In this document: in pieces, positions 29,847 through 39,471 of the stretch
Layout: each line of letters opens with the position of its first letter
How positions within the stretch are numbered: position 1 is the stretch's first letter
NCBI RefSeq assembly: GCF_003018255.1
Contig: NZ_CP027440.1
Source of the DNA: Escherichia coli
GTDB taxonomy: Bacteria > Pseudomonadota > Gammaproteobacteria > Enterobacterales > Enterobacteriaceae
Reading direction: 5' to 3' (one strand)
DNA: 64,000 nt
Translations under genes and position numbers: made by a program
The notes under the pieces: model-generated
Seen by the model: only the letters and a program-made list of their open reading frames with translations
Told to the model about the DNA's origin: nothing
Databases searched by the model: none

Positions 29847-30668
29847 ATGCTGTCGCGTCGGGGTCATCGGTTAAGTCGTTTTCGTAAAAATAAACGCCGT
29901 CTGCGCGAGCGTTTGCGTCAGCGTATTTTTTTCAGAGATAAAGTGGTGCCGGAAGCAATGGAAAAACCAAGAGTACTCGTACTGACAGGGGCAGGGATTT
30001 CTGCGGAATCAGGTATTCGTACCTTTCGCGCCGCAGATGGCCTGTGGGAAGAACATCGGGTTGAAGATGTGGCAACGCCGGAAGGTTTCGATCGCGATCC
30101 TGAACTGGTGCAAACGTTTTATAACGCCCGTCGTCGACAGCTGCAGCAGCCAGAAATTCAGCCTAACGCCGCGCATCTTGCGCTGGCGAAACTGCAAGAC
30201 GCCCTCGGCGATCGCTTTTTGCTGGTGACGCAGAATATCGACAACCTGCATGAACGCGCAGGTAATACCAATGTCATTCATATGCATGGGGAACTGCTGA
30301 AAGTTCGCTGTTCGCAAAGTGGTCAGGTTCTCGACTGGACCGGAGATGTTACCCCAGAAGATAAATGCCATTGTTGCCAGTTCCCGGCACCCTTGCGCCC
30401 GCACGTAGTGTGGTTTGGCGAAATGCCACTCGGCATGGATGAAATTTATATGGCGTTGTCGATGGCCGATATTTTCATTGCTATTGGTACTTCGGGGCAT
30501 GTTTATCCGGCGGCTGGGTTTGTTCACGAAGCGAAACTGCATGGCGCGCACACCGTGGAACTGAATCTTGAACCGAGTCAGGTTGGTAATGAATTTGCCG
30601 AGAAATATTACGGTCCGGCAAGCCAGGTGGTGCCAGAGTTTGTTGAAAAGTTGCTGAAGGGATTATAA
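29847..30668 (+). CDS. cobB: NAD-dependent protein deacylase (sirtuin)
   Basis: 273 aa, long isoform N-terminus [18 protein letters not shown], motifs [10 protein letters not shown] and HG. Ends at ...KLLKGL, 6 aa short of the K-12 form I recall. Confidence 0.93.
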   Translation: MLSRRGHRLSRFRKNKRRLRERLRQRIFFRDKVVPEAMEKPRVLVLTGAGISAESGIRTFRAADGLWEEHRVEDVATPEGFDRDPELVQTFYNARRRQLQQPEIQPNAAHLALAKLQDALGDRFLLVTQNIDNLHERAGNTNVIHMHGELLKVRCSQSGQVLDWTGDVTPEDKCHCCQFPAPLRPHVVWFGEMPLGMDEIYMALSMADIFIAIGTSGHVYPAAGFVHEAKLHGAHTVELNLEPSQVGNEFAEKYYGPASQVVPEFVEKLLKGL

Positions 30669-30681
30669 AGCGGGAAAAATT

Positions 30682-30779
30682 GCCTGATGCGCTACGCTTG
30701 TCAGGCCTGTGAAGGGGCGCAATTAATTGAATTTGCGGGTTTTGTGGGCCGGATAAGGCGTTCGCGCCGCATCCGGCAA
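30682..30779. repeat. REP elements
   Basis: GCCTGATGCG...GTCAGGC and GCCGGATAAGGCG...GCATCCGGC palindromic units between cobB and ycfZ. Confidence 0.6.
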
Positions 30780-30793
30780 CTTTACTGCCTCTT

Positions 30794-31579
30794 TTACCGT
30801 TTACTCGTCCATAGTAACGCGGCAATAAACGTACAGACACCAATCAGCCCTGCCCAGAGCGGCGATATTCTGGTAATCGCAAAGCTGTTATCGATATACA
30901 AACATAAAGCCTGATAGCCCATATTGGCAACAGCCATAGCCACTGCAAATTTTAACGCATAATAAAGGCGCGTTGTGTAGTTAAAAAATGCAGCAAAGAC
31001 GATGAATGCAACTGCCCAGGCAAAAAGGCCTAATGTCGTGGTACTGCCGGGAAGATCATTCTCCTGCTGTTGTCCGGGATGCGGATAATATGTCAGTGGC
31101 GGCGTCGGTTGTTTTAATATCTGTGCTTGTAAAACAGCCAATGCATTATTGATTCCCTGATACCAGAGATCTGCATGTAAATAAGCCAGAGTGTGATTTT
31201 CTACCAGAAGGCCGAGATGTTTATCGTCCATGCTGCTTTCAACCTGGCCGTTGGTTATCATAATTAACCGTGGCTCGCGGGTAGTAAAAAGTAACAGAAC
31301 ACTTCCTTTTACATTACTCATTGAAGATGCCGCATGCGCCAGCATCGCTTTGCCATTTTGCCTGAAGCTTGCTTCATTAACGCCAGGTACAACCACGATA
31401 AACGGCGCAATCCCGGTTTGTTGACGAAAAAGTTCGGCTTTACGCGCGATCTCTTCGGCATCCGGTACAGTACCGGTAACATCCGTAAAAAGAGTCTTCA
31501 TTATTGGAATCAATGGCTTACTGGTTACCGTCAGAGGCAGGAGTATCAGTAAACTGAGCAATATTATGATTTTTTTCAT
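30794..31579 (-). CDS. ycfZ: inner membrane protein YcfZ
   Basis: 261 aa with a signal/TM N-terminus and C-terminal TM helices. K-12 synteny. Confidence 0.88.
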   Translation of the reverse strand: MKKIIILLSLLILLPLTVTSKPLIPIMKTLFTDVTGTVPDAEEIARKAELFRQQTGIAPFIVVVPGVNEASFRQNGKAMLAHAASSMSNVKGSVLLLFTTREPRLIMITNGQVESSMDDKHLGLLVENHTLAYLHADLWYQGINNALAVLQAQILKQPTPPLTYYPHPGQQQENDLPGSTTTLGLFAWAVAFIVFAAFFNYTTRLYYALKFAVAMAVANMGYQALCLYIDNSFAITRISPLWAGLIGVCTFIAALLWTSKR

Positions 31580-32037
31580 GGGCGGGACTTCCGTTTCCTG
31601 CGTGTCTTTTTAGAGTAGGGCATACTGATTAATAAACCGACGGAGATAAAAATAACGCCCATAATGCCGATAAACCCCCATTTAAAAAAATTAACCCACG
31701 GGTTATTTATCTCAGCCTTTTCAGGATGTCCTGGAGAATAATAAACATTAACTTTATCGCCTTCACTGTCTTCATAAAAATCGCTGCCAATACTTGAATT
31801 GAAAATTAGCGTGTAATCTGGCGTCGGACGAAAGGCAACGACGGGATACCACGAACCATTTTTACCCGTGCGATGAGAATGACTGGAGTGCCAGACGGTA
31901 TCAACAATGACGCCTTCAGTATGAATCGCGTCTTTGCTATAGGTGAACTGGTTATAAAAGATAACAACAGAAATGAGGATCAGTACCAGACCGATACCGA
32001 AGAATATACGAAAGAAAACTCTACTGTCCTGGCTCAT
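31576..32037 (-). CDS. ymfA: inner membrane protein YmfA
   Basis: The ATG at 32037 ([16 protein letters not shown]) gives 153 aa. 4-nt overlap with ycfZ. Confidence 0.85.
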   Translation of the reverse strand: MSQDSRVFFRIFFGIGLVLILISVVIFYNQFTYSKDAIHTEGVIVDTVWHSSHSHRTGKNGSWYPVVAFRPTPDYTLIFNSSIGSDFYEDSEGDKVNVYYSPGHPEKAEINNPWVNFFKWGFIGIMGVIFISVGLLISMPYSKKTRRKRKSRP

Positions 32038-32094
32038 TAGCCACATCCTTGCTAAATAAAAAACGGGCGGTAATACCACCGCCCGCTTGCTGAA

Positions 32095-33141
32095 TTAACG
32101 TCCTGCTTTCAGCTTCTGATAATACTCTTCATAAATGCTGCTGGCTGCGCCAACGTCATTCTGCCATTCACCATTTTTAATGGTTTCAGCATCCGGGTAG
32201 AGCGTTTTATCGTTCGCCACTTCCGGACTTAACAGCTTACGCGCCGCAAGGTTTGGCGTTGGATAACCGATAGTTTCAGCAACCTGTTTTGCCACATCCG
32301 GGCGCAGCAGGAAGTTGATCAATTTCAGTGCGCCTTCTTTGTTTTTGGCATTTGCCGGGATCGCCAGGCTGTCCATCCAGAAAATGCCGCCTTCTTTCGG
32401 CCACACCACATCAATTGGCGTACCCGCCTGGCGTGCAACGAAAGCAGAACCGTTCCAGATCATGCCGAGGTTAACTTCGCCTTCCATATACGGGTTAGCG
32501 GGGTTATCGGAGTTAAACGCCGCCACGTTTGGCATCAGTTTTTTCAGCTCGTTGTATGCAGCTTCAATCTCTTTCGGATCGGTGGTGTTACCGGAGTAGC
32601 CCAGCTTACGCAGCGCCATCTGGAACACTTCACGGGCATCGTCGGTCAGCAGCAGGCTGCCTTTGTACTCAGGCTTCCACAGATCGGCCCAGCTGGTGAC
32701 AGATTTCGGATCCACCGCATCACCGTTAACGCCAATCGCCGTTGCACCCCAGATATACGGAATGGAATAGTCGTTATTCGGGTCAAACGGCTTGTTGAGC
32801 ATGTCTGGATCGAGGTTGCTGAAATTGCTTAACTTCGACTTGTCGATCTTCTGGATCATCCCTTCTTTACGCATTTTATCGACGTAATAGGTTGAAGGAA
32901 CCACCAGGTCATAGGCACCGTCTTTGTACGTTTTCAGCTTCGCGTACATGGTTTCGTTCGACTCGTAAGTCGAATAGATAACCTTAATACCGGTTTCTTT
33001 GGTGAACTGTTCAAGCAGTCCTGGCGGCACGTACTCGGTCCAGTTGTAGAAATACAGCGTGTTGTTGTCATCGGCGTGAGCGGCGCTCATGCCCAGTGCC
33101 AGAGCACCCGCCGCGAGCAGGTGGCGTGACCATTTTTTCAT
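32095..33141 (-). CDS. potD: spermidine/putrescine ABC periplasmic binding protein
   Basis: 348 aa, MKKWSRHLLAAGALALGMSAAHA signal peptide. Matches PotD. Confidence 0.96.
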   Translation of the reverse strand: MKKWSRHLLAAGALALGMSAAHADDNNTLYFYNWTEYVPPGLLEQFTKETGIKVIYSTYESNETMYAKLKTYKDGAYDLVVPSTYYVDKMRKEGMIQKIDKSKLSNFSNLDPDMLNKPFDPNNDYSIPYIWGATAIGVNGDAVDPKSVTSWADLWKPEYKGSLLLTDDAREVFQMALRKLGYSGNTTDPKEIEAAYNELKKLMPNVAAFNSDNPANPYMEGEVNLGMIWNGSAFVARQAGTPIDVVWPKEGGIFWMDSLAIPANAKNKEGALKLINFLLRPDVAKQVAETIGYPTPNLAARKLLSPEVANDKTLYPDAETIKNGEWQNDVGAASSIYEEYYQKLKAGR

Positions 33142-33932
33142 TTAACGTCCCCTGTGTTACCTTTCGTTTTATCACGAGCAATAAGCTGGCTGGCAATTAC
33201 CATCACCAGCGACAGCACCAGTAATATGGTTGCCAGCGCGTTAACTTCCGGCGATACGCCGACTTTGACCATCGAATAAATTTTTAACGGCAGAATTTCA
33301 TAACTCGGCCCGGTGACAAACGAAGAAACCACCACGTCGTCCATCGACAGGGTAAAGCTTAACACCCAGCCCGCCGCTACCGCTGGCATTGCCAGAGGCA
33401 GAATGATTTTTCGCAGAATGGTAAATTCGCTGGCACCGAGATCTTTCGCCGCTTCCAGCATTCGCACGTCAAAACCTTTCAGGCGCGAATACACTGTCAC
33501 CACCACAAATGGCAGGCAGAAGGTGATATGCGAGAACAGCAGCGACCAGAAGCCAAGCTGAATACCCAGCAGCATAAACAGCACCAGCAGCGAAATCGCC
33601 ATCACGATATCTGGTGACATCATCACCACAAACAGCATTCCGCTAACGAACGGCTTACCACGAAAGCGATAACGGTACAGCGCAACTGCTGTCAGTGAAC
33701 CGATAAGCGTAGCAAACGTCGCCGAAAACACCGCCATTGTTAGTGAATGCTGCGCTGCCTGTAACAGGCTGTCGTTGTTCATCAGCAGGCTATACCATTT
33801 GGTGGTAAAACCCTGCCAGTTGATGCCAAAGCGCGAGCTGTTAAAGGAGTTCACAATCAAAATAATGATTGGGATATACAGGTACGCGTAGATAGCGGTC
33901 ATAAAACCGCCGCGAAGCAGTCGACCGATCAT
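33138..33932 (-). CDS. potC: spermidine/putrescine ABC permease
   Basis: 264 aa, MIGRLLRGGFMTAIYAYLYIPIIILIV..., with an EAA-loop. ATGA overlap with the potB stop. Confidence 0.95.
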   Translation of the reverse strand: MIGRLLRGGFMTAIYAYLYIPIIILIVNSFNSSRFGINWQGFTTKWYSLLMNNDSLLQAAQHSLTMAVFSATFATLIGSLTAVALYRYRFRGKPFVSGMLFVVMMSPDIVMAISLLVLFMLLGIQLGFWSLLFSHITFCLPFVVVTVYSRLKGFDVRMLEAAKDLGASEFTILRKIILPLAMPAVAAGWVLSFTLSMDDVVVSSFVTGPSYEILPLKIYSMVKVGVSPEVNALATILLVLSLVMVIASQLIARDKTKGNTGDVK

Positions 33933-33961
33933 TCGAGTTCCACCTTCTTATTCATAAGGCG
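33929..33961 (-). pseudogene. potB: potB 3'-terminal remnant at the host/prophage junction (int-proximal att side)
   Basis: The - strand reads ...RLMNKKVELE-stop overlapping the potC ATG. K-12 PotB ends ...RLLNKKVELE as I recall. Everything upstream is phage DNA, and the potB body and potA are absent from the window. Confidence 0.6.
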
Positions 33962-34098
33962 GGGCACTTTCAGGATTTTGAATTTATTCAATTTTTTCCT
34001 TTCTCCAAAATCTCTCCAAAACTTTTCCCCAAAACCAGGGCACGCATTTTACAACACTTTTTTCCTGAAATGGTGACGGATATTCCATATGATGTTTG

Positions 34099-35217
34099 TT
34101 AAATAACCAACTTAACCCATTCCTGACCTCGGGTATCGTTATAGCGATCGGTGGTAGCCTGGACTTTATGTCCCAGTAATGTTTTTGTATCGACACCCTG
34201 TGCGCGGTACAACCGTTCTGACAGGGAGCGTTGTTCATGAAATGTTGGCGGTGTTTTTCCTGCTGGTGGAATTATTCCAGCCAGATCTCGCGCTTTGGCG
34301 AAGTAATCGCTCAGGTTGTCTTTACTCATCGGTTTTGGTTGTTTCTGGTGCCTACTATGGATTAGGTATGGACTCAACATTCTGTCCCTGCATCCATCAA
34401 TAACTTCTTTTAACGATACCCCAATTTCATCGCATCGTAGCGTAAGAGGTAAGGCCAGACGCATTCCGGTTTTTCCTTGGGTTATATGTAGATGTCCATT
34501 CCATACATCTGAAAAACGCATGTGGCAAATGTCATCACGGCGCTGACCAGTAACAATCGCAAGAAGCATTGCGTTACGGATAAAGTGTTTTTCTGGCGTT
34601 GCATTATAAATTTTTTGCCAGTCTTCCAGGGTGAGTCTGGATCTGGTCACTTTAGGGATCGGTTTACGGGTAGCCTCCGGAGGATTCCATCCAGGAGGAA
34701 CTTCTCCCGCATGCTGTGCTTCTTTATAAATATCAACCCATAATCCGCGATTTACTCTTGCTGTGCTGACCATATCTTTATCCATCCACTCGTCCAGTAT
34801 TAATGCAAAGTCTCTTACCTCCAGTTCTTTCAATGGGTGGTTTCCCAGGCGGGAAACCAGGTATGCAGCCATTCGCACTTTTTCTTTGTGGGTTGTAGCT
34901 GCAATGTCTCCATTTTTCAGTCGCGAATCCTGTATTTTCAGATATCGATCAACCCATGCCTTTAATCTGATACCCCGACGTTTTGTTGCTGATGGACTTT
35001 CATCAATTTTGCGCATGAAATATTCTGCTTCTGCTGCAGCTATTCGCTGATTGGCTGTTGAAGCGATTTTTTCTGCCTTACCTTTGTCTGTTCCGAGTCC
35101 GTGAAATTTTCCAGTCACAGGATTTTTATACTGGTAGTAAACTCTGCCAGTTCTGCGATCAAACTTTTCGTAAAGACCGGCTACGTCAGTGCTGTTTTTT
35201 CGTGGCCTCGGTGACAT
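34099..35217 (-). CDS. int: lambda-type tyrosine integrase
   Basis: 372 aa. The C-terminal catalytic region aligns by eye with lambda Int (TGQRRDD..., PPTFHEQRSLSERLY, LLGHK...TTDRYNDTRGQEW). Confidence 0.93.
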   Translation of the reverse strand: MSPRPRKNSTDVAGLYEKFDRRTGRVYYQYKNPVTGKFHGLGTDKGKAEKIASTANQRIAAAEAEYFMRKIDESPSATKRRGIRLKAWVDRYLKIQDSRLKNGDIAATTHKEKVRMAAYLVSRLGNHPLKELEVRDFALILDEWMDKDMVSTARVNRGLWVDIYKEAQHAGEVPPGWNPPEATRKPIPKVTRSRLTLEDWQKIYNATPEKHFIRNAMLLAIVTGQRRDDICHMRFSDVWNGHLHITQGKTGMRLALPLTLRCDEIGVSLKEVIDGCRDRMLSPYLIHSRHQKQPKPMSKDNLSDYFAKARDLAGIIPPAGKTPPTFHEQRSLSERLYRAQGVDTKTLLGHKVQATTDRYNDTRGQEWVKLVI

Positions 35218-35455
35218 GAGTTAAAATCTCCTTCAGTGCATCATCATCGCCAGTATGAATTTCCGGCGCAATTCCCGTTTCACCAGGCCCAACAAATACT
35301 GCTCGGCGATCTATCAGCCAACGCCCACGAATTTTTTGTGGTCTTGGAACGATGTATCCTAGTTTTCCGTATTTCACCAGGGTAGTGTTTGTTATTGGGA
35401 GACTGAACCGTTTTGGTTTCCACTCATCGAGCGTTATCAGGTACTGTTCGCTCAT
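35186..35455 (-). CDS. xis: excisionase
   Basis: ATG at 35455 after a GGAGTGA SD. MSEQYLITLDEW... resembles lambda Xis (YLTLQEW). Overlaps the int start by 32 nt, comparable to the lambda xis-int overlap. The GTG at 35464 is also possible. Confidence 0.8.
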   Translation of the reverse strand: MSEQYLITLDEWKPKRFSLPITNTTLVKYGKLGYIVPRPQKIRGRWLIDRRAVFVGPGETGIAPEIHTGDDDALKEILTHVTEATKKQH

Positions 35456-35516
35456 GGCTATCACTCCGGAACGCGCCAGTTGCAGAATACCAACGACAAC
35501 TGGCGACGGTTGAACA

Positions 35517-37961
35517 TTAAAAATCAGCCTGACTCGGGATCAGTTTTTGCCAGATAGCTGAAACGTATTTTGCCTGGTAACGCGCATCGTGCAGGGCATT
35601 ATGGCGCTCACCCTCAAATGTGATGACACTTCGAGCATCGAAATCCATCACCAGTCCCAGAGCAACCATCGTTCTTACATCGCGATCATTGGTGTAACGC
35701 CATGGGCAGGGGATCCCCTGCCGTTCATATGAACGGCGTAAAATTACGTTGTCAAAGTTGGCTCCATTTCCCCAGACCTGAACAAAAAATTCACCGGAGT
35801 TTTCGTCGATAAATTCCCGTAATTGCAACAGTGCGTCATCCAACGGGATTTCATCGGTCAGAATGGCTGATTGTGCTTCCCGTGACTGTTTCAGCCACCA
35901 CTTAATGGTGTCCCGATCGATGACTCCGCCCGCGGTTTCCAGATCGATAGTTTTGCTGAATTCTGGCCCCATCTCTCCGGTTGCCGGATCAAAAAACTTA
36001 CCGGCCAGAGCGTTTATTGGCGCATCAGGATTTTTGCCCATTGTTTCAAGGTCAATCATCAGATGGTGCCACAACCTGCTGGTGGATGTGCTTTCGTGAT
36101 GACCGTTCACCTTAATTAAGGGATTTGCTGTCTCGCCTGTTTCATTATTGCCATTGGCATGTTGATCGCCTTCGGTACACTCCTTGTTCGGGTATACGGC
36201 ACTTTCCATTTCCTCCGAATCATCTTCCTGAACTTCAGCCTGATTTTTTTCATCGAATGTTTCCTGGTATGTTGCGTCGCCCATTACCGCGCCACAGTCA
36301 GGACAGTTGCCGTCGCCGGTCTGACCGCAGGCGGTGCAGACTTTTTCCGGTTCTTGTTGCACTTCTGGTTCAGGCAGTTTCGTTTCTGGCTCGTTTTGTA
36401 ACGCATTTGGGCTGTTTTGTTCCGCTTTCTGGTCGTTTTGTTCCGATTCGTGCTGGTTCTGGTTCACAGAGTCGCGGGTTTCAATCCCCTTCACCCATTT
36501 CGGATCATTCGGGTCGCTAATCCCTTCAACAAATTCTCCGTGAGAAGCAGCCAGTAATTTATCTGCATCGACAGGATTTTTGGGGGGAATGTTTTTCCTG
36601 GCTTCATGGAGTTCTGCACGCAGTTTCTGATATTTCGCATCAACAGAATTTATCTGTGGCTGAGCATCCATCGACTGCGTGTCCTGATTATGTTCAGTTG
36701 TATCCGGTTCCACTGCTTCAGTCGTTGCCTGTTCATCTGCCATTGCGCCAGTTGGCTGCGGTTTTTCTTCATCATCCTGTTTTCCTTCTTTTGTTACACG
36801 CTGCGGCATTGGAGCAGAGGAGCGACCGCAGGCAATATCCACGATTTCTGGATCAGGGGTGGCATGGTCGGTTTCGGTCAGTACTTTGTTCAGATATTCG
36901 GTAACACGGTGGGGAGTAGCCTCGATACCAATTGGTGCTTCTTTCACGGACGCAACCACTATCGCGCGGGAATAATCCAGGTGACCAGGCATGGCGATGA
37001 ATTTGTCACGAAAAACAGAAAAGGGCGGCTTATTCTCTGAAACGATTTCTTCAATGCGTTTGGCGTGTGCCGGATGTGGATTGTAAATATCGATGTCCAT
37101 TGAACGGGCCAGAACGCCAGCGGCAACGTCACGTTCCACTGACGCATCATCGTGGACAAAACCTTCACCGCGATCGGTAAGAATTCCTCCGCCAGCATTA
37201 GCGCCGGATGGCGTGCGGCTGATGCGTAAAACACGATTTCCTTTCATCCACTCTTTTGTCAGCAGACCTCGATCGGTATAGTCAGCGTCCAGGTATGCTT
37301 CGAAAAAAGCAGTCATTAACCCCAGACTGGAATTAACGGGATTAGGGAAAACTTTGTCTGTGTCGCGTACCAGTTTGTGAAGGTCGCGAATCTCCAGCGG
37401 GTCGAGCAGCTTTGTGTTGTGGGAAATAGCCAGGGCAGTAACAGCAGGCAGTTCTTCAGCTCGTGCGATATGTAATGCCTGAAGTTCTTCCCGTGAAACG
37501 TGCGTTACCGGTTTTTCGCTGCCATGTTGCGCAAGCCAGCGAATGGGCAGTTCCTGACCGGAAATCGGCAGGAGCATATTATCCTCAATCTCAGCCATGT
37601 CTTCGCCATTGACGTTGGTATTGTCAGAGCTGGCTGGTTTGTCCTGAACTGAGGGGGAAGGCGCTATAAATATCATTGTGATGCCATCTTCCCCGCCTTT
37701 TTCATAGCGGTTGCAGAATTCAGTATCGAACACACCTTCAGGCGGCAGGTCATTAACAATGGGCAAATTCACGCGAACAGGTTTTTTGAAATCCTCTTCG
37801 TCAAATCCAGCATCGTCCATTGCGACAACACCCCGTGATATTGCAACCGATAATTTTTTTGCTGTGCGCCAGTAAAAACCGCCTTTAATCCCAAGGCGTT
37901 TTCTGACTTTGTCATTTTTGGCTTCGTAATACAGTGCAATTTCTTCTTTATCAGTGCTCAT
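35517..37961 (-). CDS. RecE-N-terminal-like protein fused to a DEDDh 3'-5' exonuclease domain
   Basis: 814 aa. Residues ~115-590 closely match my recollection of the non-catalytic part of Rac RecE ([39 protein letters not shown] ... [19 protein letters not shown]). The C-terminal ~190 aa carries [16 protein letters not shown] and [11 protein letters not shown] (Exo I-III). Confidence 0.8.
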   Translation of the reverse strand: MSTDKEEIALYYEAKNDKVRKRLGIKGGFYWRTAKKLSVAISRGVVAMDDAGFDEEDFKKPVRVNLPIVNDLPPEGVFDTEFCNRYEKGGEDGITMIFIAPSPSVQDKPASSDNTNVNGEDMAEIEDNMLLPISGQELPIRWLAQHGSEKPVTHVSREELQALHIARAEELPAVTALAISHNTKLLDPLEIRDLHKLVRDTDKVFPNPVNSSLGLMTAFFEAYLDADYTDRGLLTKEWMKGNRVLRISRTPSGANAGGGILTDRGEGFVHDDASVERDVAAGVLARSMDIDIYNPHPAHAKRIEEIVSENKPPFSVFRDKFIAMPGHLDYSRAIVVASVKEAPIGIEATPHRVTEYLNKVLTETDHATPDPEIVDIACGRSSAPMPQRVTKEGKQDDEEKPQPTGAMADEQATTEAVEPDTTEHNQDTQSMDAQPQINSVDAKYQKLRAELHEARKNIPPKNPVDADKLLAASHGEFVEGISDPNDPKWVKGIETRDSVNQNQHESEQNDQKAEQNSPNALQNEPETKLPEPEVQQEPEKVCTACGQTGDGNCPDCGAVMGDATYQETFDEKNQAEVQEDDSEEMESAVYPNKECTEGDQHANGNNETGETANPLIKVNGHHESTSTSRLWHHLMIDLETMGKNPDAPINALAGKFFDPATGEMGPEFSKTIDLETAGGVIDRDTIKWWLKQSREAQSAILTDEIPLDDALLQLREFIDENSGEFFVQVWGNGANFDNVILRRSYERQGIPCPWRYTNDRDVRTMVALGLVMDFDARSVITFEGERHNALHDARYQAKYVSAIWQKLIPSQADF

Positions 37962-38053
37962 TGATAAACCTCATAACTATTTTAAGGTTGTACGAATCCC
38001 TGCCATTGCTGGCATGCTTAATCAACGGGTATGGCGTTAATACGGCTGGCGGG

Positions 38054-38242
38054 TTATCCAGCCGGTATTTCGTTATTCAGGTACTGCGATACTTTGTTTA
38101 ACGGGAGACATTCACCGGAAATTTTTTGCTCGTCTCTTGCCTGATGGCAGGATTCTTTACTGGCATAAATTCCGGTAATCACATTCTGTGGCTCACCTGT
38201 TATCAGAAAAACCGTCATCATCAGTGCAAACGCTGAACTCAC
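38054..38242 (-). CDS. ydfD: YdfD-like small protein (DUF1482)
   Basis: 62 aa, MSSAFALMMTVFLITGEP...IPAG. Resembles K-12 Qin YdfD (MNSAFVLVLTVFLVSGEP...IEIPAGL). 4-nt overlap with dicB. Confidence 0.7.
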   Translation of the reverse strand: MSSAFALMMTVFLITGEPQNVITGIYASKESCHQARDEQKISGECLPLNKVSQYLNNEIPAG

Positions 38243-38427
38243 TGCTGCCCTCCGAAAATGCCAAGTTCAAGAAGGGCAATTCTGGAGAGTATGGAATTAT
38301 CATTGAGAAGATAAGGCTCATATTTTCTCATCCTGATGGCGTCTTCAGTAAACTCCCGGTTACTGAGCAGAATACCAATATTAAAACACCCTTCAGACGT
38401 ATTAACGTTTGGTAGTGACGTTTCCAT
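38239..38427 (-). CDS. dicB: cell-division inhibitor DicB
   Basis: 62 aa. LPNVNTSEGCF.IG...SN..FTEDAI..RK matches K-12 DicB over its N-terminal half. Confidence 0.8.
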   Translation of the reverse strand: METSLPNVNTSEGCFNIGILLSNREFTEDAIRMRKYEPYLLNDNSILSRIALLELGIFGGQQ

Positions 38428-38604
38428 TATCGCGTCCTCAACAATGAATTTTGTGATGTGGTGCCTGGTGCCTCCAGGTGACGTTAACCAGTTAACAATT
38501 AACGCCGGATTGTTAGTTGATGTCTGTTACGCCAGTAAAAGACCGCTTGTTTTAACTGTTCCGCGTGCGCTTAGCCGCATTCACCGCATCACAAAATACA
38601 CTTT

Positions 38605-38643
38605 AAAAATGGCGGATATCCATTTCCGCCGAATCACCAGAAA
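38605..38643 (-). ncRNA. dicF: DicF-like sRNA (short variant)
   Basis: The - strand reads TTTCTGGTGATTC-GGCGGAAATGGATATCCGCC-ATTTTT. It has the DicF 5' seed UUUCUGGUGA plus a terminator hairpin and U-tail. The downstream AAAGTG.ATTTTGTGATG.GGTGAATGCGGC leader to dicB matches the K-12 context from memory. The 5' end is not defined. Confidence 0.5.
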
Positions 38644-38955
38644 AGTGATAACAGAGGTTGTTGTGGCGGTGTTGTCACTCAGGCGTATGGTCAACCTGAC
38701 AACCCGGTGCATTTTCTGGAGCAATGGAGGAAGCCCCAGCCATACTTACCGCCGCGCCATTTCGCGGATTGCCACAACCGGAAGCGCACGATCGAATTAC
38801 ATTTAACGACGACATATACAGAGAGACTAACTTCGCCGAGCGCTTTCGTGTTGTGTGCCTGCTTTTAACCACGTCAGGCGAGGTGGACCTGTTATTCCCC
38901 AACAACAAGGATCTTGTTAATCTGGATATCCCCAACAACAATAAGAGTATTGAAT

Positions 38956-39471
38956 GTGATCGCTGAATTAACGGCAGCAATGACGGCTATTCGTGAAACC
39001 GCTCAGATTGCAAAACTAATGAACGAGGCAAAAACTCAAGCTGAAGTAAATGCGGCTATTGGTGAACTGAACTCAAAGCTTGCATCTATTCAGCACGAAT
39101 GCGTGTCTCTCGTTGAGCTGGTGAGCACTTATCAAGAAATAAATGCTTCTCTCAAAGCTAAAATTGCAGAATTTGAAAACTTTGAGGCTCAGACGGAAGG
39201 TTATATCCTTAACCAACTTGAGTCGGGAACTTTTGTGTACTCGAAGGAGGTAACCGTGAACGGCGGCAGCATAATCATGCATCTTTGTCCAAAATGTTTT
39301 GGACAAAAGATAGTATCGATACTTCAACCATTCCCGGTTAGAGAATATGAGTTTTTTCATAAAAGCAGGTGCCTCTACTGTGAAAATCAGTTTCTTATGA
39401 ATAAAAATCCGGATTATGTATCGCCTCCATCTATTGAGGAGTTGGCCAGAAAACTGAACGGCAATCTGTAG
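38956..39471 (+). CDS. hypothetical coiled-coil / zinc-ribbon protein, counter-oriented in the dicB operon
   Basis: ORF with a heptad-rich N-terminal half and CPKC...(x26)...CLYC in the C-terminal half. Start ambiguous (TTG 38914, GTG 38956, ATG 38980). The opposite-strand ORF 39073-39510 looks like a shadow ORF. Confidence 0.55.
   Translation: MIAELTAAMTAIRETAQIAKLMNEAKTQAEVNAAIGELNSKLASIQHECVSLVELVSTYQEINASLKAKIAEFENFEAQTEGYILNQLESGTFVYSKEVTVNGGSIIMHLCPKCFGQKIVSILQPFPVREYEFFHKSRCLYCENQFLMNKNPDYVSPPSIEELARKLNGNL

Noticed and set aside
30640-30700. cobB ends 6 codons earlier than the K-12 protein I remember (…KLLKGL-stop against …KLLKGLKAGSIA). Removing one T after GGATTA would restore LKAG.IA-stop.
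   Set aside because: It affects only the extreme C-terminus outside the sirtuin core. I believe a 273-aa form is the normal allele in some E. coli lineages, so this is a lineage polymorphism rather than a pseudogene.
33984-34238. 84-aa - strand ORF covering the att-side junction and the 3' end of int.
   Set aside because: It overlaps the integrase C-terminus in another frame and runs into the junction spacer. There is no start context, so it is most likely non-coding att-arm DNA.
38336-38980. Three mutually overlapping track ORFs (156 aa +, 80 aa +, 101 aa -) around the dicF-like region. I looked here for ydfB/ydfC equivalents.
   Set aside because: None resembles anything I know. They overlap the sRNA and its terminator and have no SD-like sequence or gene coupling. 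I could not recall the YdfB or YdfC sequences well enough to call them.
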